A stretch of DNA of 64,000 nt. It comes from Podarcis liolepis. Its lineage: Eukaryota. The stretch lies in NCBI GenBank assembly GCA_965112155.1, contig OZ218099.1; one strand, written 5' to 3'. A program made the translations under genes and the position numbers. Under the pieces are notes generated by a model. That model did not search any database. It was not told the origin of the DNA and saw only the letters and a list, made by a program, of their open reading frames with translations. Every line of letters begins with the position of its first letter. The first letter of the stretch is position 1. Below are positions 26,546-39,848 of this stretch, one piece after another.

Positions 26546-27741
26546 CTCTGAGCAAGAAAGGTAGGCAGAATTGGCCAGACCCTTTACCCCTCCCCACTCT
26601 CCCCAGGCTCTCATAAAAGACTTGTTGGCAACAAGGCACCCACCCAGACTTAAAAGCTCAGAGAAAAGAAACCAACAAAGAGCATCATTTGCAATCTTTC
26701 TTTTAGCCAAGCTGCAGAAACATTCCTTCTGCCCAAGCTTTGGCGAGACCTTTCAGCAACAAGCGAGAGGGGGACCCACATTTTCCTCGTCAATTTAGCA
26801 GCCCCAGTCTTTTGAGCATAAACTAAAAGTGGGAAGCGTTAGATGAGCAATTAATATAATTGCAAGAAAGAGAACCTTTCCAGGCATGTGTGCTTACCTA
26901 TTGCCATTTTAAAAGTAGCCAAATGATACTGCTGCCTTTTAAAAGAAAAGAATCGACTGTTATGGCCTTAATTACACACCATCAATGCATATGTTGCCCT
27001 GAAGTAGTGTTTCATGTAGCAAATGTAACAGGAAGGACTTTTCTCCTTCTCCGCCATGACCATTAGTCTGGGTATACCAGCCAAGCAAAAGCCTCTTGGG
27101 TCAGCTGCCACCACAATCCCTTAGACTCCCTCTAACCCCACACAGAAGTGAAGCTAGAGGGTGGAAGACCAAGGCTCAAGAGGGAGGAAGAGGGAGGATC
27201 CAGTTTCCACCAGTCTCACACTGCAAGGAGTTCAATGTAGCTCCCTTTTCTTGGCCAAATCCCACTGATGAACTCACACAGCATGAATCCAAATGACCCA
27301 GGAACTCAGGGAGAAATATCCCTTTGAAACAAGCACTCAAAGGGATATACCTTGAGAAGGCAATACAGTATATGAAAACAGAACAGAATGTCTCAATTTC
27401 ATGGATACACAAGGGCTGTTGCCTGACCAGTGTTGAGGTGTCCTCAGCTGTGTACGTGTGTGCTTTAACAGAAAGCCGTATCACATTTTTGGACTTGGCA
27501 TTTTAAGCAATGCTCAGGCTCTAGCAATTTCTAGTTTGGAAATATTGCATTTCCAACTAGTAACTGCTAGGTTCTTCCCACCTGTTGAGAGGCAGCAGCC
27601 CTATATACAAATTAAGTTTTCAATAAAATCTTATTTTAAAATCAGTTTGAAGGTACCCCTTCCAATTCACATGGCAGACGTGGTTTTTGCAGATACACCA
27701 GTGCTGCACTGAAATTTCCCACAGCAGAATGTGTAAAGTGT

Positions 27742-27885
27742 AGTGGAGCAATGGGTCAGTGTGTCTGGCTATTAACCAGAAGGCTGGTGGCTTGAGTCCA
27801 CCCAAGGATGACTGTAGGAAGGATTCCTGCATTGCAGGGCATTGGACTCGATGACCCTCAGGGTACCTTCCATGCTCTAGGATGG
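27742..27885 (+). mobile_element. SINE with a tRNA-Asn-derived head and a CR1 3' tail
   Basis: 27742-27810 aligns without gaps to vertebrate tRNA-Asn(GTT) as I recall it (52/69 by hand). 27821-27885 is the CR1 tail also seen at 25125 and 20710. Confidence 0.8.
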
Positions 27886-28010
27886 CATGCATACACCTTT
27901 AACCCTCTGTATTCACTTGCTTGAGAATTATAATTGGGCCAGGGCTTTCTGATATGTGGGTGAAATGCAGTGCTCTGCTGTTTAAACATGCAGACAGAGA
28001 TATCCTATAT

Positions 28011-28265
28011 CATGGGTAGGAAAACAAAGGCCCGGGGGCCAGATCCGGCCCAATTGCCTTCTAAATCTGGCCTGTGGATGGTCCAGGAATCAATGTGTTT
28101 TTACATAAGTAGAAGGTGTCCTTTTATTTAAAATCATCTCTGGGTTATTTGTGGGGCATAGGAATTTGTTCATTCCCCCCCCCCAAAAAAAAATATAGTC
28201 TGCCCCCCCACATTGTCTGAGGGACAGTGGACTGGCCCCCTGCTGAAAAAGTTTGCTGACCCCTG
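28011..28265 (-). mobile_element. hAT MITE, copy A
   Basis: Ends CATGGGTAGGAAAAC / GTTTGCTGACCCCTG. Perfect 8-bp TSD TCCTATAT at 28003-28010 and 28266-28273. Confidence 0.9.
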
Positions 28266-30350
28266 TCCTATATCTTAACAGGCAACTCATTCCCTGACTT
28301 ATCTTCTCTCCACAGATCTTTATGTAGCCAAAATGGTACTGTCTAAAGACAATAGGTCAGCAACAAGATTGCGGGAAGTTTGCAAAAGTGCAAAAAAAAT
28401 ATTTAGGAACAAAATCCTCACCCCAAACCTAATGAGAACTGAGCATCCTCACTGGGCATGTAAGTACAGCTTTGCAAGGGGCTGCATTAGTATACTGGAT
28501 CCACCAAGACCAGGAGAAGGATTATCTTTTGTAGTTGTTTACGTTTATATAGAAGAGGGTGGATGACAGATTTAAAATACATGCAATAACGAGAAAGGTC
28601 TTCTTTATCCCACAAGCCCTGACTCATGTCAATGGACCTGATGAAGTCATGGCCCAAATGCTGGCAATTACTTCATTTGTGTCTGACTGGAGAGCATTCA
28701 GCAAAGGTTGCAAGGTTAACTCACTTAAATTTCAGATGATACAATGGCAGGAGGCAACAGTAATTTCTGCTTGTTCAGAATCAGACAACTTGCTATGGCT
28801 TTGTCCCAAAAATATTTTTGGCCATAAAAGTCTTTTTACCTTGGTTTCTTTTGTTTCCAACCCTCCCTTCTAAGGTTAATAGCTTGAATTTGAAGTTCAA
28901 GGCTTTTAAAAACCATCACTCACTATTATTTAAAAAGAAGCTCTGCTTCTTTTTCACTTCCACAGGATAACTGGCTGGTCTGGAGAATGCATAAATTGGT
29001 CCCTTGTCTGTTATGGAATGATTCAACTCCCACTGAAATTAACAAGACTCTCTCTTTTATTATTATTCACAACAGCAATAGCACGTAATAAAGGGCTGGA
29101 GATTTTCTGCCAACTTCAATGAGTTTGGGATCAAGCCCTTACTTCATATAACACATTCAAGGTGCACTCTCTTAAATCAGTTTTGATATTATCCGTGGCA
29201 GGGACACATTAAATGAACTCTTCACAAAACGAAGCCAGTCATGAAATAAAAAGCATTCGGCTTGTAAACACTCTAGATTATTCAACAAAAAAATGCATGT
29301 ATGACCGTAATATCGATTTCTTATATCTCCTGTCTGGTAATCCCACAATTTTCACATGCAGTAAAACCTTTATTATCTGGACATCTTTAATCCTTTTTCT
29401 TTCTGGACATGCTTCAGTCACTCTTAAAGCCCAGCAGTATTATTACTCCAGAGGCAATGCATGTCTGAGGTGACCTGGAGCTCAAACACAATGTAAACAA
29501 GATTGCACCATTATACTTTGCACTGATTAATCTAGAATAACTCCCACCCCTTATTCTATTGCATATACTATATTTAACACTGTATTATGACACCTTCAAT
29601 CATATTAATCACATAACAGTGCCAGAAAATTACAAGCAGGGCTGCTAATTTTATTGCTTGCCTTGCTCCTGTGCCTTTCTCAGCAGCCCGATATAAAGAA
29701 ATTTAACAGGGGAAGGTTTTCCCTTCACTTAAATCGCCAAGCTAGGAAAAGCTTCACCAGCTAAGCATTTTGCATATCGAGGCGTTATTGAAGCACAAAA
29801 GCAGAACTAGTAATAAAACTGGTCATCTTAAGGCTGTGTTCATACTCTCCTTTACTGTGCATTCAGTGTGCATTTGCAGTGCTGGGTTTTAATGACATTA
29901 TCCAAAATGCATAGGGATCGCGTACTTTGTCATTAAATACTGTGTGGTGTGTTGTTTCTCAAACCAGCTTCACACCAAATGGAGTTCTTAAGCCGTTCCT
30001 AAATCATCTGTAGCCAGGATGTGAGTGCTTTTTGCATGAGGTAAAGACATCTCAGTCCCACAACCCCCCACCCCCATGGGGGGTGAGTACTCTAAAGCGG
30101 TAATGAGAACAGACCCCTGGTTGCAAGTAGTTCAAACCACAATAAGAGAGAAAGAGAGAGATTGAGATTACTTTAGATGGGCATATTATGATTGCCAACT
30201 CCTCTCTACCTTTAATTGAAGCCTCATCTGCAAGATTTTCAGTGGATAATGTTTATCTCTACACTTTGCTTACAGATTTTTGCATATCACATTGCTGATA
30301 AAGGAATAAGAGAAAGCCAGGGATTTTTCCTTGGTCAGCTGGCCATCCTA

Positions 30351-30659
30351 GAGGGGTCAGCAAACTTTTTCAGCAGGGGGCTGGTCCACTGTCCCTCAGA
30401 CATTGTGGGGGGTCCATACTATTTTTTTGGGGGGGGATGAATGAATTCCTATGCCCCACAAATAACCCAGAGATGCAATTTAAATAAAAGCACACATTCT
30501 ACACCAGGCAGGCCCCACAAATAATCCAGAGATGCATTTTAAATAAAAGGGCGCATTCTACTCATGTAAAAACATGCTGATTCCCGGACCGTCCGTGGAC
30601 TGGATTTAGAAGGCGATTGAGCCAGATCCAGCCCCCGGGCCTTAGTTTGCCTACCCATG
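30351..30659 (+). mobile_element. hAT MITE, copy B (inverted relative to A, with internal duplication)
   Basis: AGGGGTCAGCAAACTTTTTCAGCAGGGGG...GTTTGCCTACCCATG is the reverse complement of 28011-28265. Confidence 0.9.
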
Positions 30660-30979
30660 TCATACAGTATATTGGTTACAAATTTAAAAACACTTTCCTC
30701 TTTTTTTTATTCAGTCATTTCACAACAGTGTTAGGGAAATACACATGTAAACTACTATGTAATTGCGCAAAAATAATTGTAAAATTAGTTCTAGAAGTAT
30801 AACCCGATGCAATTCATTTAATGTTCTGACCATGATCCCAGCTCCAGAAGAGTTAATCAACCATAGCAACCTTCTAATCAGAGTAGTGAACTAATGATCC
30901 TATTTCTAAGTAATACCAGCCCAATAAGACTCTCAAAAGGTAGTTAACATCACTTTGGTGGAAAGGCATGACAAGTGCA

Positions 30980-31167
30980 NNNNNNNNNNNNNNNNNNNNN
31001 NNNNNNNNNNNNNNNNNNNNNNNNNNNNNNNNNNNNNNNNNNNNNNNNNNNNNNNNNNNNNNNNNNNNNNNNNNNNNNNNNNNNNNNNNNNNNNNNNNNN
31101 NNNNNNNNNNNNNNNNNNNNNNNNNNNNNNNNNNNNNNNNNNNNNNNNNNNNNNNNNNNNNNNNNNN
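30980..31167. other. Assembly gap (N run)
   Basis: 188 N. Confidence 1.
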
Positions 31168-34100
31168 TGGAATGTCTTTGGCTTTTCTGTCACATAGCAA
31201 TAGACAAGACAAAGTGTAGCATGAGATGAAGGAGGGGGGAAAGAGAGAATTAACCACACGATGATGAAAAATGAGATGAGAAAGAAAAGGATAAGGGGAG
31301 AGAGGCAAATAAAAAGGAAGGTTTAAAGAAAGGATGACACGAACAAAAGAAGAGCATACCCTTGAAAATATAAACATCGCTCCGGCATTCACCTTGCAAA
31401 ATGAAAGCTATGCAAATCAGGCAACAATGAGCAAATGCCTTCTTGGAAGAAAGACTCTCTTTTTCAAATAATAAAAAAAGGTGCTGTCAACGTTATTACA
31501 GAAAATAAGAAGTGCTCACAATGACAACATGGAAGTGCAGAAAAGATAACAGGTAATATTTACAGCAGCACTGTTTCCGCCACAAATTTTACCCTTGTGG
31601 TCACAGCTTAAAGAGGCCAGCGGAGACAAAATGTTTTCCTCCCAAGCGCCCATTTTATGGATGTGTCCCACTCCAAGACAACTTTGGATGTTCAGTGTAG
31701 AGAGAAAGGTTTCACCACATTCTACTCACTTGACAGGAAGGCTGTAGGAAAGCATGAATGGTGAATGTTCTCTGAGGGAAACAGCTACGAGAAATGAAAG
31801 CGGAACTCATAATTCTGGTTGTTGTGTAGGGAGAGAAGGCATCAGCATGGTTTGCTTCAGGACAGCGGTTTGCTTTATAAACATCTGCACTTTATACAGA
31901 TTTAGACACAAAAAGGTGGGTTCTTGTATCCAGGTGATTCCTTCAACAAGGGTAAGAGCCAGAAAAGGAGTTCAGAACATTTTTCATGACAATTTCAACC
32001 ATAAGTTTCCAAACTAAGAACTTCAAGTCCAGAGAGAAAGATGGAGGTCATGTGTTTATGTCAAAACAAAACTTTATGAGTGTCGTGTTAAACCTATCAG
32101 TAGTTCTGCTTCCAAGTTGATACTTCATACCACAAACTAAGTGACAGAAGTGGTCTTTCAAAAATATTCCACAAGACTCCAGAAGCTGGTTTTAAAAATC
32201 ATCTTAAAAAAGAAGAAATGCCCAGTGCAATTTTATTTATGGAAACCTTTCTTTTAAGAAAACTGTACGTGTGTGACTGTTCCATTTCTTAAGCAAGTAA
32301 ATCTAAGATTAACCAATATGACAAAGGCACTTCAAAACAGCCTGCACACAAACTCTTGGAATGTCTTGCTATGAGTGGTGGGTCCAGACTATTCACAGGT
32401 CTCGATGAAATGTCACCACAACTGGTGAGGAGTTGTCATTTTAATAAGAGGAAACTTAAAACTAGTTTTCTGCCAAGAAAGAGGGATACAGCAAGCCTCA
32501 GGTATTAGAGGGCTAGATGAGCATTGTGTGCATAGATGAAAATCAACAATGTGATTTTTGGCTATGCATGTCAAACCCTGCATTAATAGAAGGCTTCTGA
32601 ATGTTCCATTCACATATGTTATGCACACAAGGTCTGCCAGAGACTGGGCTGGTGGGTAAGGGGAGCTGCATGTACTCCTGCCCGCCATGTGTTTTTCTTG
32701 ATGAGGGTAAACATATAATCCAATCTGGCCAACTGTGTATGATGGAGGAGGTAAGCAGCATTGCTCACCATTATTCCAAGAGACCGCCAGTCATTACATC
32801 TTCTTCATATCATGATGTGCAGATAAAATACCAGTGTACAGAAAGTGGAAGAAATAGGAGGTGGATTGCAGATGAGGGGGATCACAATGGGAAGTGTATC
32901 TTTCCAAAGTTCCTAAATATCAGGGTAAACATCATTTTTTCACAAAGCCACTTCAAAATTTCCAATGGATACATTTCCATTTCCAATAGAACCTGGGTTC
33001 TAATTCCTCCAAGACTGTAGCCAAGAGATCAAGAGTGTAAGCACCAAGAGCTCCCCTCACCAAATCTACCATGCAACATAGTTATACTACAATTTTAATG
33101 AATGTAGCAAAGGCAAGTCTTTTGTAATTTTCCTCCCTTTCCTCAGCAAGATAAACCTTATGAAAGCAATTAATGGGGTCAGAAGAAATCTGATTTTTAA
33201 TACCTCCAATCCACAAGGCTTACCAAACTTAGTCCAGCTCCACTAATGAATCTTATAAAACGTTTTATCTTCTCCTCCCATGGTCACAAACCACTCACAT
33301 GAGGCTTGAAAATCATAATAATATCTTCCCAAAGTGCAGATATCACTCAAGCCCATATGCAGTATTGCTCTGTTTATTCTCCCCCATAAACCACTGGTTT
33401 CATCAAAACTCATTAGCATCACCTGTGTTAATTACACTAGCAAACCAATCAACAGCTCCTTCTTAATTAGGTTTTCTTTATTAAAGCCGGAAATTGCCAA
33501 GTCAACTGGGGATATTATATGAAAACTAGTGTTTATGCCAAATTGCCACATGCAGGAAAAAAATGATAATAATAAAAGGAAACTGGGTTTGTTGACAGGA
33601 ATAGGAAACAATAATAATTTTCAAGGTCACTGGCACATTTATTAATTATCCCCCAACTACATTTTGTTGCAGCAGTCAAGGCTTTAAACACGGCACTCAT
33701 TTTATAGGAAGTTTTGTTCACAGTGGCTATCAGCTGCCATAATAACTGAATATAAGGGGTGTGGGCCTTCTTGAATTTGAGGAAGTTGGCACTAATTTCA
33801 TGTGAAACCACCTAGCGTGATGTAGATGATCAAAACATTTATGGGGAAGTGAAAAGTTACAGGAACGCTGAACATTCTCTCCTGAGAAAACAAGGGACAT
33901 AGGAAAATATCAGACTGCCTCATCCTCCATGGATAATATCAGGGACAAAGCTATTCAGTCTCTAACTCCACACTCACAACACTACAATAATGAAAGGAAC
34001 ACACCATTCCTTAAGGAGAATGGCCATTGCCCCAACTTTTTGCCAAGCAGTGTATTAACAAAAGTCCTTTTAAAAATGTATAATGGAAGTTCAGCTACCA

Positions 34101-36012
34101 GCCTGCAAACTATGCAAAAGACAGCACATTGACTGTGTATGGGTACACACTTGAAGTTTGCTAAATGTCTTGTTTTTCTTGCCTACCAGGGAATACAAAA
34201 AAAGTTGGGGTTGTCAAACAGCCGAAAGGCCACAAGACAAGGCTTCAAGTTGTGCTTGGCTTTGTGGTCACTCTTTGGCCAAGCCTGGGAAGCAGGAATG
34301 TGAGGGCAGAGTCAATTACTGCAATAATTCAAAACAGAAAACTAACATTTTGAGCATGAACTGTAAAGCGGGGAAACTACAAAAGAAGATATGATGACAT
34401 GAACAAGGATCTGGCCATGTCATAACTTACTTTTTCTAATACTTCCTTCTGTCAACCCTTCTTAACAATCTCATCCTACTTTTGATGTTTATAAGTTGTA
34501 GAACATTGAGAGAAATGTTGGGCTTTCTTTTGTTACCTCATCTTGTGCCATAATTGGTACCATGCCTATGTTTGCATGTAACATTAAACCATGGTTTAGT
34601 GCCACATGGCTGAGCTTGAATAAACCTAAGCATGATCTTCTCTCCACACATTCCTTCCACACAGCTGAGAAGCAGGAGTTGGGTAAAGTTTTATTTCATT
34701 TTAAAGAGTCCCAACTTAGTGTTATGGTCTTTATGTTCAATAATAATAATAATGATAATGATAATGGCAACACTAAACAATGGACGTGGTAATTGGCAAC
34801 AGTGGTTGTAAACCTGTGTCTAGTAATGCCTTATGTAAGCCATAAAAGCATCAGCTTGGCTATCAGGTGAGTCACTGGCACAAGACAGCCCCCTTCAGTA
34901 TTGGCCATTCCCCCATTATATTTGTTGTGAAAATGTTACCATTGGAAATAAATTATTGTGTTGAGGAGCAGCATTTTTCAGCTACCAATTGATGGTCTCT
35001 TAAACTGGATTCAAATTAAAATGTGGCAGTGCCCTCACTCTCCCGCTGAGCTGCCTGCCAACCAAGAAAGCTAGAAATCATCTAGCTAGCTCTGCTGTAT
35101 TTAAAGTAATTTTACACTCGAGCATACCGAAGCATGTTCGGCTCTTTCTTCTAAGCGTTACCTGTTGTAGATAGGTTACGTCTGGCTAATTCAGGCTTCA
35201 TGGATCACTAGCAGGATTTGATTATAACAACAGCATAAGCACCTAGCGCACAAAAAGGATAATGTAATTAGGCTAAGCCCCCGCACCAAATCTACCTTTT
35301 TTTCTAAAATGTTTGCTGTTACAGTCTCCTTTTGCTAGGAGGAACAAAATTAACTGCTTAGTGCCTATTAACAAGGATAGCCTTTATTTTTAAGCCTAGA
35401 TTTTTCCATGTAGTGCTGTTTCCGATCTCCCAAAACAAGTTTGGTACATTCTGACTATCATTACATGTAGCAGAGTATTTCTGAAGCATTGCCAAAATTA
35501 ACACATTATTTTACCTTCTGAAGCTGAGTTTGCATGGTGTCTGTGATTTGTATTCATGCACACACTTTTTAACAGCTTTCATTTGTAACTACAAGAATAG
35601 TAAGCTGTCTCAATTGTGTTTGCTTTAACAACCATAATCATTTGAAACCAAGCTGGATCAATTTGGCTGGCGGGGGGGGGGGGGACGACTATGACAACAC
35701 CTTCAAGTCTTCTTCAGCTCAGTATTGACTATTCAAGTGTGTAGAACTGTATGCATGGATGGGAGGCTGGGAGCCTCCATAACGGCCCTGCTCTTGGCCG
35801 TTAACCATTTAAAGACCTATCTGTGAAGAGGCCTAAGTACATACACCATGTATGGAGATAGTGGAGGATATAGATTGTGCTTTTAGAACCCCTATGTGTT
35901 GGGAAGCATATGTTGGACCCATGTAGGCAGGGTCATTCATGTAGAGGTCAGGGTGGGTCTGGCAGGCAAGATCCACACCACTCTTCCTCCATGTATTTTT
36001 TTTCTACAACTA

Positions 36013-36219
36013 CAATCGTACCTTGGAAGTCAAATGGAATCCGTTCCGGAAGTCTGTTCAAATTCCAAAGGGTTCCAAAACCAAATTGCAGCTTCTGATT
36101 TGTCAGGCGTTGGGTTTCCAAAAGAACGTTCGCAAACTGGAACAATCACTTCTGGGTTTGCAGCATTCGGGAGCCAAAACGTCCGAGTTCCAGGGCGTTC
36201 GGGATCCAAGGTACAACTG
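36013..36219. mobile_element. Tc1/mariner (Tigger/pogo-like) MITE
   Basis: TIRs CAATCGTACCTTGG / CCAAGGTACAACTG. Flanked by TA (left) and CA (right, probably a mutated TA). Confidence 0.8.
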
Positions 36220-36465
36220 CATCTGCATAGGACCTCTACACATATCAAGGGGGCCAGCTCCCTTACCTTTTGTGCTGCCCTCTTAGCTACTGCTTTTAGA
36301 AGGCTGATACTTTCTTGCATGAATCCGTCTCAGGGTTTCTTCTTAACTCTTGCTTAACACACTTTCCATGCAGGAGTACCAGCTTTCAGACCAATCATTC
36401 CGACACTTCTTTTTACAAGAGGTAGGTTTAGGTGGGACCATGTTGGGAGAAGGGCATAGTGGAGG

Positions 36466-36645
36466 CAGAGGCAGATTTGGGGCAGTGCGGCTGGTTCTGC
36501 CACTCTGGGCGCTGACGCTAGAATGCGCTGCAGGGCTTTGCAAATATAACGTAGTGAATTGAGCAGAACGGAAGGTGAGAGTGCGCCAAATGTTCACCCT
36601 TGCACAGGGCACCACTGAAATGTTAAAGAGCAAAGTCTACCACTG
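36466..36645. mobile_element. hAT-like MITE
   Basis: Imperfect TIRs CAGAGGCAGATTT / AAGTCTACCACTG. TSD not clear. Confidence 0.55.
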
Positions 36646-37854
36646 GCGGGGGACCATTGGATAGCAATGGTTCATACAGCACAGGCCTGGTCCATCTGTT
36701 ACCCATCAAGCTGAATTGAAAGAACTAGTGGCCCGTTAAACCTCTTGTTCATGTCAAGACCAGAAGTACTTGTGGCAGAACTACAAAGATAGGCAGCTTG
36801 TCAAGAACCTGACCAGTCAAAATATATAGCTGCTGGACTGCATTTGGCTTGACAGGCTGTAAGCTGAGAAGCCCTGAAATAACATTGATTCTGCATATAA
36901 CTGTATAACTTAATTATAACATGTTTCTATGGTAAACATACAGGGCTAGGATGTTAATGAATAAGTCAAAATTTTGCTCTTTCATTTTCTTCATGCATTC
37001 GTATTGCTTCTGCATAACTCTAATAAAAGTTCATTCATGCTCTTGCTTTATTCTTCAGCATGCATGAGCTGCAATCAAAAGCTTAGAAAGCTAGCCACCA
37101 TCATCTTAAATATCCCTGCCTATTAGCCAGTCAGTATTTCACATTTACTGGACATACACAGACATGTTTTTCATATCTGCAAAAGGCTTCATATAAGTAA
37201 CCAACCAAAAGGAAATAAAATGATTATTTAGCATAATTGCACAATCTAATTGTATGGATTTTGAATGGAACAAAGAAAGATTATAGCCACACAACGCAGC
37301 AGTATCCTTTTACACAAAGTATGTCTTTACCAATTAGACCAACAATGAAAGTATTTATTGTCCATACAGTGAAAATAAAAATCCTCTAGGAGAAGAAAGT
37401 GAAAATTTCACACCAATAGATTACACAGGCCATCAGGTTTACCAGGTCTAGAAGCGTGTACTCTGAAAATTAATCTCCTCCTAAGTGCCTTTGTTGGGAT
37501 GTAGAAATAAACAACATCCCTGAGGTCCAATGAAGCAAACCTTCTGCTTGGGCATTGAGAGCTGCAGTCACAAATTGGCTTCGTGGGGATAATTGGCTTG
37601 ACCAAGTTCAAACACCTGTTCAGTCTTTGCTGCACTCCCCTTGATCTAAGCGGTCCTTGGACACACAGGAACTCAGATAGGCACAGTATTCCTAAACGTC
37701 CAAAGACCTTCCTATTGACTTTCAATGTCCCAAGGACGACTCCTATTGCATAAGGTGAGGTGCCTCTGACAATAGTCAGTGGGGTAGCCCACTGGTATAG
37801 CTGCTCTCTGCACACATACCAGAGCACAAGCACAGCTTTCAACTGCAGCCATTG

Positions 37855-37995
37855 AGTGCCCATGGGCAAGTATTGCAGGTTCAGTTAGTCCACGTGTAAA
37901 ATGGGAACAGTACTGACCTAACCTAGGACAAAGCAAGGCAATAGAAAGCACATAAATCATCTTACATGCAAAAAGTGTTATATACATGTAAAACA
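37855..37995 (+). mobile_element. Ancient MIR-like SINE remnant
   Basis: TGGGCAAGT...GTGTAAAATGGGAACAGTACTGACCTAACCT...AAAAGTGTTATATACATGTAAA. Confidence 0.45.
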
Positions 37996-38279
37996 TTCCG
38001 TCCCATTGTGTTGTTGTTTTTTCCAGAATCCTTTGCCAAAACCTCACAGAGTGCACAGTCCATGTTATAGATTAACTGAGGAAGAGGTGGGGAAAAGTGC
38101 TGTCTCAAAAATTAAGTGGAAATGCTAACCTTGTCATATTTGGCAGGCAAACAAAGGGAAAAGAAAGCTCTACATGGCTCAGCCTTTCCATGGGTTAACT
38201 GGCATTTCTAATACTTTTCACCTAGGTTGACTTGACAGATGCCTAACCTTAGCTACTGAGCGGAGACAGCCTGATGGGC

Positions 38280-38560
38280 CTTGGCCATACAGGGGGGGAA
38301 ATTTTGATGCTTCCCACTTATGACATGATTGATTTTCTTTCAGCGGCCCTTCACTTTTGGATGTGGCGAAGGCTGCCTGGCTGAGCCCCTGCGCGCCCTG
38401 ACCTCGACATATGGCCGCTGTGAGGCTGAAAACTGATGACGGCAGAAACCTAAAAAATCAATAGGCCCTGTCAGTCAGTGGGGAGGCAAACGTCTTTTAA
38501 AAACCCAATCACGACATGTACTTGCTGCATGGTGTGCATCTACTGCACACTTGAGAACAC
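38280..38560. promoter_or_regulatory. CpG-retaining candidate conserved enhancer
   Basis: TGACATGATTGAT at 38321-38333, TGACCT at 38399, CTGTCA at 38468. Many CpGs in a CpG-depleted background. Confidence 0.4.
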
Positions 38561-38937
38561 ACTGGATTTCCGATTTTTATTCAATCTGTGTTCTTCTCCT
38601 CCTCTCCTCTGTCCCTCTCTTTAACTTCTCTGCTTATCTATTTACTCCTTCACATTTAATACAGCCATGAGAAGAGAACAAATAATCTTGTTAAAGTCGG
38701 AATCCTCGTGATATTAACAAGTGGAGGGGATATTCTCTGGAAACTAAATAAAGAGCACCTTCCACATGCCAGCATAAACACTGACATTGTTATTTTAGAC
38801 ATTATCTGGAACGAATTTAGAGATAAAGGACTTGGGAGTCTGAAAACATATGAGCACAGAATGGCTTCAATTCACTTTGCGGGGAGGCAAGTATTGTTTT
38901 GGTTTTGTTTCTAAAAATGTATGACAAACTGACCGCA

Positions 38938-38985
38938 TATATATGTATATATATGTATATATATATATATATATATTGATATATA
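38938..38985. repeat. (TA)n microsatellite, imperfect
   Basis: Read directly from sequence. Confidence 0.9.
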
Positions 38986-39458
38986 CACTTTAGCATTTCC
39001 TGGCATGGTTTATTAAGACTCTGAGAACAGAAGAGTGAAACTTAGCCTTTAGACATGTTGTTTTCCTTCTATCCCACTGATATCATTTCAAGGCAGCCAA
39101 CACCTTTAAAACAGAGGACAGCAGATCACTTTAGTTTGACCCAAGCTACAAATAGTGAAGTTGTTTAAATGAAGAGAGAAGGGAAACCCAATAACCCAAC
39201 TCCCCCAGGTCTCAAGGCTGAAACACACCAAGGTGGTCAGCCTGTGTCCCACTGTGCCATTTTGGGGCAGTGCCACATGACTAAATGTTCTTCCATACAA
39301 AGTCCCTTCACATAGACAACTAAATGCTAGAAGGAAGGGTTCTAGCCTAGCTTTCTCCTCTTTCTCCCTGATGTGTTTTCTCCGTAGGACTTCCCACCTC
39401 CCCAGACCTGCCAATAAGGAAGCATTCAGTCATAGAAGCACAAGGTAGAATGCTGGGT

Positions 39459-39848
39459 GGGATGCGGGTGGTGCAGTGATCTAAACCACGGAGCCTCTTG
39501 GGCTTGCCAATCAGAAGGCTGGCAGTGTGAAACCCCGCGATGGGGTGAGCTCCCGTTGCTCTGTTCCAGCTCCTATCAACCTAGCAGTTCAAAAGCACAC
39601 CAGTGCAAATAGATAAATAGGTACCGCTGCAGCGGGAAGGTAAACAGGGTTTCCATGCGCTCTGGTTTCCATCATGGTGTCCCATTGCACCAGAAGCGGT
39701 TTAGTCATGCTGGCCACATGACCCGGAAAGCTGTCTGCGGACAACCACTGGCTCCTGCAGACTGAAAGCAAGATGAGCACCGCAACCCCATAGTTGCCTT
39801 TGACTGGACTTAACCGTCCAGGGGTCCTTTACCTTTTACCTTTTTACC
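39459..39848 (+). mobile_element. Full-length Sauria SINE (Squam1) with 13-bp TSD
   Basis: Starts GGGATGCGGGTGGTGCAGTG and ends in (ACCTTT)n. TAGAATGCTGGGT at 39446-39458 and 39849-39861. Confidence 0.95.

Noticed and set aside
27742-27810. Functional tRNA-Asn gene
   Set aside because: The anticodon is mutated, the acceptor stem and T-loop are degraded, and it is fused to a CR1 tail.
28295-28970. Plus-strand acceptor-like tracts ending at about 28315 and 28965
   Set aside because: No good matching donors or recognisable coding sequence. Such tracts are common by chance.
28011-30659. Composite transposon bounded by the two inverted MITEs
   Set aside because: Copy A has its own complete TSD, and the outer flanks of the pair do not match.
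38344-38419. Plus-strand exon (TTTTCTTTCAG|CGG...GCT|GTGAGG)
   Set aside because: The donor is weak, the peptide is unrecognised, and it lies opposite the better-supported exon. An enhancer interpretation is simpler.
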